In this document: positions 15,575 to 24,943 of the stretch, one piece after another | How the letters are laid out: every line of letters begins with the position of its first letter | Numbering within the stretch: the first letter of the stretch is position 1 | Assembly (NCBI GenBank): GCA_028717605.1 | Contig: JAQUNM010000001.1 | Location: 1-29,377 of the forward strand | DNA length: 29,377 nucleotides | Source: Minisyncoccota bacterium | Lineage (GTDB): Bacteria; Patescibacteriota; Minisyncoccia; Minisyncoccales; GWA2-38-27 | Reading direction: 5' to 3' | Program-made: the position numbers and the translations under genes | Notes under the pieces: model-generated | Databases searched by the model: none | What the model was told of the DNA's origin: nothing | The model's input: only the letters and a program-made list of their open reading frames with translations

Positions 15575-16687
15575 ATGAAAATTGTTTTTACTGGTGGTGG
15601 AACAGCTGGTCATATATATCCTATAATAGCGATTATAAAAGAAATTAAAAAAAACAATCCCAATGTTTCTTTTTATTATATTGGGCCAAAGGATGATTTT
15701 GCTTTAACTGCCCTACAAGAAGAAAATGTTATTATTAAAATTATTTCTGCTGGAAAAATCAGAAGGTATTTGTCGTTTCAAAACATAATTGATATCTTGT
15801 ATAGAATCCCAAAAGGTTTTTTCCAGTCTTTTTATTATATTTATACCATTAACCCTGACCTAATTTTTAGCAAAGGAGGATATGGTTCTATCACTCCAGT
15901 AATTGCTTCTTGGATACTACAAACTCCTATATTTTTACACGAATCAGACTCAATCCCAGGTTTAGCCAATAGAGTAAACGGAAAATTAGCGCTGGTAATA
16001 TTTTTAGCTTTTGGAATTAAACAAATTTCTTTTTTTTCTCCCAATAAATTAATGGTAGTTGGTAATCCTATAAGATCAGAAATATTACAAGGAAACCTAG
16101 ATGAGGCTAAAAGAATATTTTCTCTTTCTGGAGAGAAACCAGTTATTCTAATTTTGGGTGGTTCTCAGGGAGCTCAGATAATTAACGAAACTATTCTTTT
16201 AATGATGCCTGACTTTTTAGAAAAATTTGAAGTTATTCATCAAACAGGAGAAAAAAATATTAAAGAAATAGAAAAAGAATCTAAAACAGTAATTCCTGAA
16301 AATTTACAGAAATATTACCATGCTCTTGGTTTTTTAGATAAAAATAAACTAAAACATGCTTATAAAGCATCAGATTTAATTATAGCTAGAGCTGGAGCAG
16401 GCACTATTTTTGAAATAGCAGAAATAGAAAAACCAAGTATCCTAATTCCCTTAAAAGGATCAGCCCAAAATCATCAAGTAAAAAATGCTTATGCTTTTGC
16501 TCAAGACGGAAAATCCATAGTTATTGAACAAGAAAATTTAAAGGCTCATTTTTTGCTAGAAAAAATAAAATATCTATTTTCTCAAAGGTCAATAATGGAA
16601 GAAATGAAAAAAAAATGTCGAAATTTTGCCAAGCCAAATGCAGCTAAAATAATAGCTGAATATATAATTAGTTATTTGGAACAATAA
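15575..16687 (+). CDS. murG: Lipid II GlcNAc transferase
   Basis: GGGTAGH, GKIRRY, KGGY, HESD, GNPIR, GGSQGA, RAGAGT, HQVKNA. Confidence 0.96.
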   Translation: MKIVFTGGGTAGHIYPIIAIIKEIKKNNPNVSFYYIGPKDDFALTALQEENVIIKIISAGKIRRYLSFQNIIDILYRIPKGFFQSFYYIYTINPDLIFSKGGYGSITPVIASWILQTPIFLHESDSIPGLANRVNGKLALVIFLAFGIKQISFFSPNKLMVVGNPIRSEILQGNLDEAKRIFSLSGEKPVILILGGSQGAQIINETILLMMPDFLEKFEVIHQTGEKNIKEIEKESKTVIPENLQKYYHALGFLDKNKLKHAYKASDLIIARAGAGTIFEIAEIEKPSILIPLKGSAQNHQVKNAYAFAQDGKSIVIEQENLKAHFLLEKIKYLFSQRSIMEEMKKKCRNFAKPNAAKIIAEYIISYLEQ

Positions 16688-16689
16688 AT

Positions 16690-17130
16690 ATGGATCATAA
16701 AAAAGATTTAAAAAAAATAGAGTTATTAATTAATCAACATTTATATACTATTTGTTCGGTGATTACCATTTTAGTAATGTTGATGTTTTTAGTTGAATTT
16801 TTCAGTAAAGGAATGTTTAATTTATACAAAATAGAACTTTTTTATTTAGGGGTTTTATTAATTTATTCTTTTCATAAAGAATTAATAAGATGTATCGGTT
16901 GTAAAAAACTTGATAAACAAGGTGAAAATTTTGTTTATATTTGGATAGTTTTAACTTTAAGTTTATATATAGTTAATTTTATTAGTCGAGACTTTTTCAC
17001 CATAACTGTATACAATGAACCATCTTTGGTTTTAAAAAATATTTCAATTTTAACTTTACAAATTTTAGCTATTTTTATAATTACCAGGGGTATAAAATTT
17101 ATAAAAATCTTTTTAGCAGAAAAAAAATAA
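16690..17130 (+). CDS. Hypothetical multi-pass (about 4 TM) membrane protein
   Basis: Four hydrophobic stretches; packed between murG and lysS. Confidence 0.75.
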   Translation: MDHKKDLKKIELLINQHLYTICSVITILVMLMFLVEFFSKGMFNLYKIELFYLGVLLIYSFHKELIRCIGCKKLDKQGENFVYIWIVLTLSLYIVNFISRDFFTITVYNEPSLVLKNISILTLQILAIFIITRGIKFIKIFLAEKK

Positions 17131-17136
17131 AATATT

Positions 17137-18567
17137 ATGGCAACTATAGACGAAATAAGAAAAAATAGATTAAAAAAATTAGAAAAAATTGAATCAGCAT
17201 ATCCAGTTTTTTATAAAAGAACTCATACTTGTTTTGAAGCCTTAAAAAACAAAACAGGGCAAATTTATGTAACTGGAAGAATTATATCTTTAAGAGAACA
17301 CGGTTCTATAGTTTTTGTTCACATTAAAGACGAAACCGATAAACTTCAACTTGTTTTTAGGAAAAATAGTTTAGGAGAAAAAAGCTTTCAATATTTTTTA
17401 GATTATTTTGATATAGGTGATTTTGTTCAAGCTAAAGGCAAAATGTTTAAAACAAAAAAAGGAGAAAAAACGCTTGATGTTTTAGACTATAAAATTTTAG
17501 CTAAATCGCTCTTACCCTTACCAGAAAAATGGCACGGATTAGAAGATATTGAGCAAAGGTATAGAAAAAGATATTTAGATCTAATTTTCAATAATGAAGT
17601 TCAAGAAAAATTTAGAAAAAGATCAGAAATAATAAAAAATATAAGAAAATTTTTAGAAAATAAAGGGTTTTTAGAAGTAGAAACACCTATTTTACAGCCG
17701 CTTTATGGCGGAGCAACAGCTCGTCCTTTTAAAACTCATTTAAATGCCTTAAATATGGATTTATATTTAAGGATATCCCCAGAACTTTACTTAAAAAGAT
17801 TATTGGTAGGAGGGTTTGAAAAAGTTTTTGAGATAGGAAAATGTTTTAGAAATGAAGGCTTGGATAAAGAACATAATCCTGATTTTACTATGTTAGAATT
17901 TTATTGGGCTTATGCTGATTATAAGGATTTGATGAAATTGACAGAAGAAATGTTTAAAGTTTTATTAAAAAACATATTTAAAAAATTAGAGATTATTTAT
18001 AAAGATAATAAAATAAACTTTAAAACTCCTTGGACAAGAATTGAATTTGTAGATCTTTTCAAAAAATATACAAATATTAATTTAGATGAAATAAATGAAA
18101 GTGCTTTAGCTCAAAAAGCGAAAGAATTAGGAATTTCTGTTAAAAAAGGAGATTATAAGTTTGAAATTGCAGATAATATTTATAAAAAGTATTGTCGTCC
18201 TAAAATTATTCAACCAACTTTTGTTATTCATCATCCTGTCGAATCATCTCCTTTAGCTAAACAATTAGATTCTAAAAAATTAGCTAGATTTCAACTATTA
18301 GTAGGGGGGATGGAAATCATTAATGCTTTTTCGGAATTAAATAATCCTATAGAACAAAAAAGAAAGTTTCAAGAACAAGAAAAAGTTTTTAAAAAGGGAT
18401 TTGAAGAAGCTCAAAGACTAGACGAGGACTATATAGAAGCCTTAGAGTATGGAATGCCCTTGGCAGCTGGTTTTGGTATGGGTATTGATAGATTAGTTGT
18501 TTTACTTACTGATTCTAGTAATTTAAGAGAGGTGATTTTATTTCCAATAATGAAAAATAAAAAATAA
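17137..18567 (+). CDS. lysS: Lysyl-tRNA synthetase, class II
   Basis: LPEKWHGL, RYRKRYLDL, EVETPIL, GGATARPF, LRISPELYLKRL, FRNEG, YGMP..GFGMGIDR. Confidence 0.97.
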   Translation: MATIDEIRKNRLKKLEKIESAYPVFYKRTHTCFEALKNKTGQIYVTGRIISLREHGSIVFVHIKDETDKLQLVFRKNSLGEKSFQYFLDYFDIGDFVQAKGKMFKTKKGEKTLDVLDYKILAKSLLPLPEKWHGLEDIEQRYRKRYLDLIFNNEVQEKFRKRSEIIKNIRKFLENKGFLEVETPILQPLYGGATARPFKTHLNALNMDLYLRISPELYLKRLLVGGFEKVFEIGKCFRNEGLDKEHNPDFTMLEFYWAYADYKDLMKLTEEMFKVLLKNIFKKLEIIYKDNKINFKTPWTRIEFVDLFKKYTNINLDEINESALAQKAKELGISVKKGDYKFEIADNIYKKYCRPKIIQPTFVIHHPVESSPLAKQLDSKKLARFQLLVGGMEIINAFSELNNPIEQKRKFQEQEKVFKKGFEEAQRLDEDYIEALEYGMPLAAGFGMGIDRLVVLLTDSSNLREVILFPIMKNKK

Positions 18568-18570
18568 AAT

Positions 18571-19794
18571 ATGTTAGATATAAAATTTATTAGAGAAAAC
18601 AAAGAATTAATTAAAAAAGCTATTTTTCATAAAAATATTGACTTAGATTTAGAAAAATTGCTTTTATTAGATAGAAAAAGAAGAAACCTTATCCAAGAAG
18701 TTGAAAAATTAAAGTCAGAACAGAAAAAGACAAAAGATATTAAAAAAGCAAAAGGAATTAAAGAAAAAATTAAAAAATTATTACCAGAAAATCAAAAGAT
18801 TGAGAAAGAATACCAAGAATTAATGCTTTTGGTACCTAATCTTTATTCAGAAGACACACCAATAGGTAAGGATGAATCTTCTAATAAAGAAATTCTAAGG
18901 TGGGGGAAGATACCTGTTTTTGATTTTCCGATCAAAAATCACATAGAATTAGGTAAAAATTTAGACTTAATTGATTTAGAAAAAGGAACTAAAACAAGTG
19001 GTTTTAGAGGTTATTATTTGAAAAACGAATTAGCCCTTATTTCTATGGCTTTAATTTGGCACACTATTTCTGTTATGAGAAAGAAAGGATTCTCTTTTAT
19101 GATTCCTCCTACTATTTTAAAGGAATTTGCTTTAATAGGTAGTGGTCATTTTCCATTTGGACAAAAGGAGATATACAAAATAAATGAAAGCTCATATTTA
19201 GCTGGAACCTCAGAACCTTCTTTGTTGGCATATTTTTCAGATATGATTTTAGAAAATCTTCCAATAAAAGTTTTCGCTTTTTCTCAGTGTTACAGATCAG
19301 AGGCAGGAAGTTATGGAAAAGATACTAAGGGTTTATATAGAAAACACGAATTTATGAAAGTAGAACAAGTTGTTTTGTGCAAAAATAATCTAAAAGAATC
19401 TAATTATTGGTTAGAAGAAATGAGAAAGAATTCAGAAGAAATTTTACAAAGCCTAGAGCTTCCTTACAGAGTAATTCAAATCTGTACTGGAGATATGGGA
19501 GCTGGCAAATACAAAATGTATGACATTGAAACCTGGATGCCTTCTAGAAATTCTTATGGAGAAACCCATTCGGATTCTAATTTAACTGATTGGCAAGCAA
19601 GAAGACTAAATATTAAAGACAAAGATAAAAATTTTGTTTATACTTTAAACAACACAGTTATTGCCTTACCTAGAATATTAATTTCTATTTTAGAGAATTA
19701 TCAAGAAAAAGACGGCTCAATAAAAATACCAAAAGTTTTACAGACATATTTAGGTTTTAAAAAAATTAATGTTAAAAAAACAAATTCGAATTAA
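18571..19794 (+). CDS. serS: Seryl-tRNA synthetase
   Basis: MLDIKFIREN, coiled-coil arm, YLAGTSE, CYRSEAG, HEFMKVE, DIETWMP, TLNNT. Confidence 0.96.
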   Translation: MLDIKFIRENKELIKKAIFHKNIDLDLEKLLLLDRKRRNLIQEVEKLKSEQKKTKDIKKAKGIKEKIKKLLPENQKIEKEYQELMLLVPNLYSEDTPIGKDESSNKEILRWGKIPVFDFPIKNHIELGKNLDLIDLEKGTKTSGFRGYYLKNELALISMALIWHTISVMRKKGFSFMIPPTILKEFALIGSGHFPFGQKEIYKINESSYLAGTSEPSLLAYFSDMILENLPIKVFAFSQCYRSEAGSYGKDTKGLYRKHEFMKVEQVVLCKNNLKESNYWLEEMRKNSEEILQSLELPYRVIQICTGDMGAGKYKMYDIETWMPSRNSYGETHSDSNLTDWQARRLNIKDKDKNFVYTLNNTVIALPRILISILENYQEKDGSIKIPKVLQTYLGFKKINVKKTNSN

Positions 19795-20467
19795 AAACTT
19801 AAACATTAATTATAGGGTTTCTGGTCAAGGAAAACCTTTTTTAATTTTACATGGTTGGGGCTCTAACTCTGAAAAATGGGAAAAAGTAATTAATTTATTA
19901 TCTTTTAAATTCCAAGTATTTGCTCCTGACTTACCTGGTTTTGGAGAGTCAGAGGTAATGAAAGATCCTTGGCAGATTAAAGATTTTATTGATTTTTTAA
20001 AAGAATTTGTTGAAAAGCTAGATCTCAAAAATTTCTATCTTTTGGGTCATTCTTTTGGCGGATCATTGGCTTTAAAATATAATTCAGAATTTAAGGTTAA
20101 TAAATTATTTTTAGTGGCTCCTTCTTTAGTAAGAAAAAATACACTAAAAAAAAGAATATTCTCTTTAAAAATACCTTGTCCATTTTTTTGTAAAAAAATT
20201 ATCTATGCATTATTTTTAAAAAACACTGACTATCCTTTGTACAGGGGGGCAATGAAAGAAACCTTAAAAAACGTTTTAATAGATCTATCCCACTTAAAAC
20301 CCTTATCAGAAACAATTCTAATCTGGGGAAAAAAAGATAAAATTACTCCTTTTTCTAATTCTAAATTAATTAAAAAAGATGTTTTAGAAACTATTCCTCA
20401 AGCAGGTCATGCTATAGAGATAGATACACCTGATTTATTAGTAGAAAAAATATTAAATAATCTATGA
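19769..20467 (+). CDS. Alpha/beta-fold hydrolase
   Basis: LHGWG, PDLPGFG, GHSFGG nucleophile elbow, WGKKD, C-terminal GH. Confidence 0.92.
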   Translation: MLKKQIRIKNLNINYRVSGQGKPFLILHGWGSNSEKWEKVINLLSFKFQVFAPDLPGFGESEVMKDPWQIKDFIDFLKEFVEKLDLKNFYLLGHSFGGSLALKYNSEFKVNKLFLVAPSLVRKNTLKKRIFSLKIPCPFFCKKIIYALFLKNTDYPLYRGAMKETLKNVLIDLSHLKPLSETILIWGKKDKITPFSNSKLIKKDVLETIPQAGHAIEIDTPDLLVEKILNNL

Positions 20468-22002
20468 TTTATTTTTTAACCCTTTTTTGGTCTTTAAAGG
20501 AAATTCAATCAGCTTTATTTTATCTTCATTTGTGCCAACTAAAAGAATATCATTTAGGAAGGTTTTTAGTTCATTTTAAAACTAGTCAAGGAAAATCATT
20601 AATTTTAAATAAATTAATTTTATTAAAAATTATTATTCTTTTTTTTCTTTTAACAAACTTTTGGTCAGGCTTAGCAATTTTTCTCTTGTTTTTATTATAT
20701 CTAGTTGAATTTTTAAATATAGCTTTTAAAATCATTCAAGATAGATTAATAAAACCTGTTTTCACTAAAAAAGTTTTATTCTTAATTTTCGTTCTATTTT
20801 TAATTATTTTTTCTTATTTAATTGTTTTACTTTTATCTATAGAAAGAATATATTTACCCTTATTGATAGTAGACATTTTATCTCCTATATTGTTTCCTCT
20901 CTTAGTTTTTATTTTACAACCTTTAACTATTTTAGAAAGAAAGAGAATATTAGAAAAAGCCACTAAAAAAAGACAAAGCTGTAAAAATTTATTAGTAATT
21001 GGAATTACTGGTAGTTATGGGAAAACAACAACCAAAGAATTTCTAGCAATTATTTTGTCTCAAAAATTTAATGTTTTGAAAACCCAGAATCATAAAAACT
21101 CAGAAATGGGAATCTCTCAAACGATTTTAGAAGAATTAAATAATGATCACGAAATTTTTATTGGTGAAATGGCTGCTTATAATAAAGGGGGGATTAAATT
21201 ATTAGCTGATATTATTCATCCTAAAATAGGAATAATAACTGGTATAAACGAACAGCATTTAGCTCTTTTTGGTTCCATGGAAAATTTAATTCAAGCTGAA
21301 GGGGGGAAAGAATTATTAGAGTATGTTGATATTGCTTTCTTTAATGGTAATGATAAATTGTGTCAAAAAGTTTATGAAGAGACAAAAATTAAGAAAAAAT
21401 TATGCTCTATTAAAAAAGAGTCTGATTTTTGGATTTCCGATTATAAAACAGACTTAAATTATATTTATTGCACTATTGAAAACAAAGAATCGATTAATTT
21501 AAAAATAAAAGCACACGGCGTTCATAATCTTTCTAATTTATTATTAGCCATAGCTGTAGCAAGGTATTTAGATATGGATTGGGAAGAAATTAAAAAGGGT
21601 TGTTTAAAAATTGATCCAGAAATGACAGGTATAAAAACCTATAAAAGTAAACATGGTTTTTTAATTATTGATTCTTCTTATTCAGCTAATCCAACCGGAG
21701 TTTTAGCTGATTTAAAATATTTAAGTTTATATTCCGGAAAAAAGGTTATTGTTATGCCATGTTTAATAGAATTAGGATCAGCTAGCAAAAAAATACATGA
21801 AAAAATAGGAAGAAAAATAGACGAAGTTTGTGATTTGGCTATTATAACTACTCCAGATAATTTTAAAGATCTAAATTCAAAAAAAGCTATTTATGTTCAA
21901 AAACCAAATCAAATAATTAGTAAGTTAAAAAGTTTTTGTTCTGGAAAAGATACGGTTCTAATAGAGGGTAGGATTAAGAAAGAAATAATTAAAAAATTAT
22001 GA
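20464..22002 (+). CDS. murF: MurF-like Mur ligase with an N-terminal multi-TM domain
   Basis: About 150-aa hydrophobic N-terminus; GITGSYGKTTTK; DSSYSANP; IELG; HEKIG. Confidence 0.75.
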   Translation: MIYFLTLFWSLKEIQSALFYLHLCQLKEYHLGRFLVHFKTSQGKSLILNKLILLKIIILFFLLTNFWSGLAIFLLFLLYLVEFLNIAFKIIQDRLIKPVFTKKVLFLIFVLFLIIFSYLIVLLLSIERIYLPLLIVDILSPILFPLLVFILQPLTILERKRILEKATKKRQSCKNLLVIGITGSYGKTTTKEFLAIILSQKFNVLKTQNHKNSEMGISQTILEELNNDHEIFIGEMAAYNKGGIKLLADIIHPKIGIITGINEQHLALFGSMENLIQAEGGKELLEYVDIAFFNGNDKLCQKVYEETKIKKKLCSIKKESDFWISDYKTDLNYIYCTIENKESINLKIKAHGVHNLSNLLLAIAVARYLDMDWEEIKKGCLKIDPEMTGIKTYKSKHGFLIIDSSYSANPTGVLADLKYLSLYSGKKVIVMPCLIELGSASKKIHEKIGRKIDEVCDLAIITTPDNFKDLNSKKAIYVQKPNQIISKLKSFCSGKDTVLIEGRIKKEIIKKL

Positions 22003-23198
22003 TTTCAATATCCATTTCTCCAAACATAGAAAAAGATGACCTTTTTTTAACACTTAGATTAATTTTCCAACCTTCTAAGTGGAAAAAAGGTGATAAAGAA
22101 GAAGAACTTAAAGGGTTAATAAAAGAATATTTTAATATTCCTTATGTTTCTTTGTTTAATAGTGGCAGATCTGCTTTATATTGTTTATTAAGGGCTTTTA
22201 ATTTAAAAAAAAAGGACGAGGTTTTAATCCAAGCTTTTACTTGTAATGCTTTAGTTAATCCTATTTTATGGAATAATCTTACTCCAGTATATGTGGATAT
22301 TGACAGTAATTTAAATATTGATCCTTTGGACTTAAGAAAAAAAATAACAACTAATTCTAAGATATTAATTGTCCAGCATACTTTTGGTAATCCCTGTAAA
22401 ATGGAAGAAATCTTAAAGGTTGTTAAAGAAAATAATTTAATTTTAATAGAAGATTGTGCTCATTCTCTGGGGGCTGAATATAAGGGACAAAAAATAGGTA
22501 CTTTTGGTAAGGCTAGTTTTTTAAGTTTTTCTAGAGACAAGGTTATTTCTTCTGTTTACGGAGGAGCTATTCTTATTAAAGACAAAGAATTAGCAGAAAA
22601 AATATTAGAATTAGATTATCCTTCTAATTTTTGGACTTTTCAGCAACTTTTACATCCCTTATTAATTAAATTAATTATCCCTTGTTATAATTTTTTAGGT
22701 AAAGCTTTGTTAATTTTTTTTCAAAGACTCCATATTCTTTCTAAGGCTGTTTCATACGAAGAAAAACAAGGTAAAAAACCAAAATATTTTCCTAAAAAAA
22801 TGCCAAATGCTATAGCCTGTTTAGCTTGTAATCAATTCAAAAAACTTGATAAATTCTATTTACATAGAAAAAAAATATCAGAAATATATTCAAAAGAACT
22901 AGGGGTTAGCTACCTAGAAAAAGACGTTAAAAAAACTTATTTAAGATTTATTTTTTTCCACGAAAAAGCCCATGAAATTATTAGAAAATTTTGGAAAAGA
23001 AATATTTTAATAGGGGATTGGTATACCAGTCCTATCGCTCCCCCCGACACAAATTTAGAAAGAATGAAGTATAAATTAGGTTCTTGTAAAAAAGCAGAAA
23101 AATATGCTAAAAAAACCTTAAATCTACCCACTCATATTAATATTTCTAAAAAACAGGCTAAGTATATTGTTTCTATTTTAAGAGAATTAATTAAATAA
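21999..23198 (+). CDS. DegT/DnrJ/EryC1/StrS-family PLP aminotransferase
   Basis: NSGRSAL, QHTFG, IEDCAHSLG, SFSRDK (PLP lysine), LNLPTH. Confidence 0.9.
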   Translation: MISISISPNIEKDDLFLTLRLIFQPSKWKKGDKEEELKGLIKEYFNIPYVSLFNSGRSALYCLLRAFNLKKKDEVLIQAFTCNALVNPILWNNLTPVYVDIDSNLNIDPLDLRKKITTNSKILIVQHTFGNPCKMEEILKVVKENNLILIEDCAHSLGAEYKGQKIGTFGKASFLSFSRDKVISSVYGGAILIKDKELAEKILELDYPSNFWTFQQLLHPLLIKLIIPCYNFLGKALLIFFQRLHILSKAVSYEEKQGKKPKYFPKKMPNAIACLACNQFKKLDKFYLHRKKISEIYSKELGVSYLEKDVKKTYLRFIFFHEKAHEIIRKFWKRNILIGDWYTSPIAPPDTNLERMKYKLGSCKKAEKYAKKTLNLPTHINISKKQAKYIVSILRELIK

Positions 23199-23213
23199 AG
23201 ATATAATAAGTTA

Positions 23214-24200
23214 ATGCAAATTAAAGAAATAAATAGTAAAAAACAATGGGAGGACTTTTTATTTTTAACGGAAGAAAAAACCTTTTTACATTCTTGGAAT
23301 TGGGGTGAATTTCAAAAAAAACAGGGGAACAAAATATGGCGGATTGGTTTTTTTGACCCAAAGTTAAAAGGAGTGGCTTTAATAGTTAAAATACAAGCCA
23401 AAAGAGGAACTTTTTTATTCATTCCTCACGGCCCGGTTGTATTAAAGGAAAAAAAAATTATTTTTGAATCATTAAAAAAATATCTTAAAAAATTAGATAA
23501 GGTAAGTTTTGCTAGAATTGCTTTTGTTTGGGAAAAAGATAGCTTTTCTTCAAGCTTGAAAAATTCTCCAATTCATATCCACCCAGAAGAAACTTGGGAG
23601 TTAGACTTAACTACTAAAGACTTGTTGGGTGAAATGAGAAAAACTACCAGATATTTAATAAAACAAGGATTAAAAAACCCTGATATCCAGATAGAAAAGA
23701 GCAGTGATTTAAAATTATTTAATGATCTTTATTTAAAAACAGCAAAAAGGCATAATTTTATTCCTTTTTCTTATAAATATCTTTTAGATCAATTTGAATT
23801 ATTCTCTCGCGACAATCAAATATCTCTATATTTGGGTAAATACCAGGGAGAAATTGTCTCCGGAGCCATAATTGTTTTTTGGCAAAATACTGCTTTTTAT
23901 CATCATGGAGCTTCTTTATCATGTAAAGCCCCTGTTTCTTATATACTCCAATGGAAGGCTATTGAAGAAGCTATTAAAAGAAATTGTAAAAAATATAATT
24001 TTTGGGGAATTGCCCCTGATATACAAAACAAAGAAGACTTAAAAAAATCTTCTCATCCTTGGGCTGGGTTAACCTTATTCAAAATGGGTTTTGGGGGTTA
24101 TAAAAAAGAATATATAAAAACTAAAGATTTAATATTTTCTCCTCAATATTATCTAACTTATTTTTTTGAAAAATTAAGAAAGAAAAAAAGACATCTATAA
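23214..24200 (+). CDS. FemABX-family aminoacyl-tRNA-dependent peptidoglycan bridge transferase
   Basis: FLHSWNWGEF, IPHGP, EMRKTTRYLI, YHHGAS, LQWKAIEEA, YNFWGI, FKMGFGG. Confidence 0.9.
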   Translation: MQIKEINSKKQWEDFLFLTEEKTFLHSWNWGEFQKKQGNKIWRIGFFDPKLKGVALIVKIQAKRGTFLFIPHGPVVLKEKKIIFESLKKYLKKLDKVSFARIAFVWEKDSFSSSLKNSPIHIHPEETWELDLTTKDLLGEMRKTTRYLIKQGLKNPDIQIEKSSDLKLFNDLYLKTAKRHNFIPFSYKYLLDQFELFSRDNQISLYLGKYQGEIVSGAIIVFWQNTAFYHHGASLSCKAPVSYILQWKAIEEAIKRNCKKYNFWGIAPDIQNKEDLKKSSHPWAGLTLFKMGFGGYKKEYIKTKDLIFSPQYYLTYFFEKLRKKKRHL

Positions 24201-24892
24201 TGAAAAGAAAGAAATATAAGGCTAGAAAAAAGTTTCCTTTTTTATTTATATTAAAAATTACTTTATTTTTTATTATATTTTATTTTCTATTTTTTTCTAA
24301 TTTTTTTGAATTAAAGAAAATTAAAGCTGATTCTCTTGTCTTAGAAGTTGTTAAAAATAATATTACTAGAGAAATAGGTTTTTTAAAAACAAATAACATT
24401 TTTTTATTAGATATAAAAAAAGCAGATGAAAAATTATCTGAAATAATAGAAATAGAAAAATTTTCAATTAAAAGAAAACTCCCTCATACTTTAATAGTTA
24501 ATATAGAAAAAAGAAAAGAAACTTTTATTTGTTGTTCTCAAGATAGGTGTTTTAAAGTTGATAAAAACGGGATTGCATTTGAGCAAACGAACAAGACTGG
24601 TTATATTAGTTGTTCCTTATCAGAGATAGGGAATAAAGTCATGGATGAAAAAATAGTTACAGACATTCTGAAAATTCAAAAAGATTTAAAAAGCTTTTTC
24701 GGTGAATTATCGTTTCAAAACAATTCTTTAATTTTAGAAACGAATCAAGGTTGGCGAATTTTTTTTAACACCGAAGACAATATTGAAAAACAAATTGCTA
24801 GATTGTTCAAGGTTCTTGAAAAAACAATAAAAGACCACAGTCTGCTTGATTATATTGATTTAAGATACGAAGAAACAATCTATTTTAAATAG
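24200..24892 (+). CDS. ftsQ: Cell division protein FtsQ/DivIB
   Basis: Basic N-terminus, TM helix, POTRA-like region (RKLPHTL), C-terminal YIDLRY; TAATG overlap. Confidence 0.8.
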   Translation: MKRKKYKARKKFPFLFILKITLFFIIFYFLFFSNFFELKKIKADSLVLEVVKNNITREIGFLKTNNIFLLDIKKADEKLSEIIEIEKFSIKRKLPHTLIVNIEKRKETFICCSQDRCFKVDKNGIAFEQTNKTGYISCSLSEIGNKVMDEKIVTDILKIQKDLKSFFGELSFQNNSLILETNQGWRIFFNTEDNIEKQIARLFKVLEKTIKDHSLLDYIDLRYEETIYFK

Positions 24893-24936
24893 TTATCAGT
24901 CAAGGGTCTTGACTGCTAATTTTAATTTGCTATAAT
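24893..24936 (+). promoter_or_regulatory. Variant CIRCE operator overlapping the hrcA promoter
   Basis: TTATCAGTC-N9-GACTGCTAA (24893-24919) versus canonical TTAGCACTC-N9-GAGTGCTAA; TTGACT (24909-24914), 16 nt, TGc-TATAAT (24928-24936). Confidence 0.85.
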
Positions 24937-24943
24937 TAATTAT

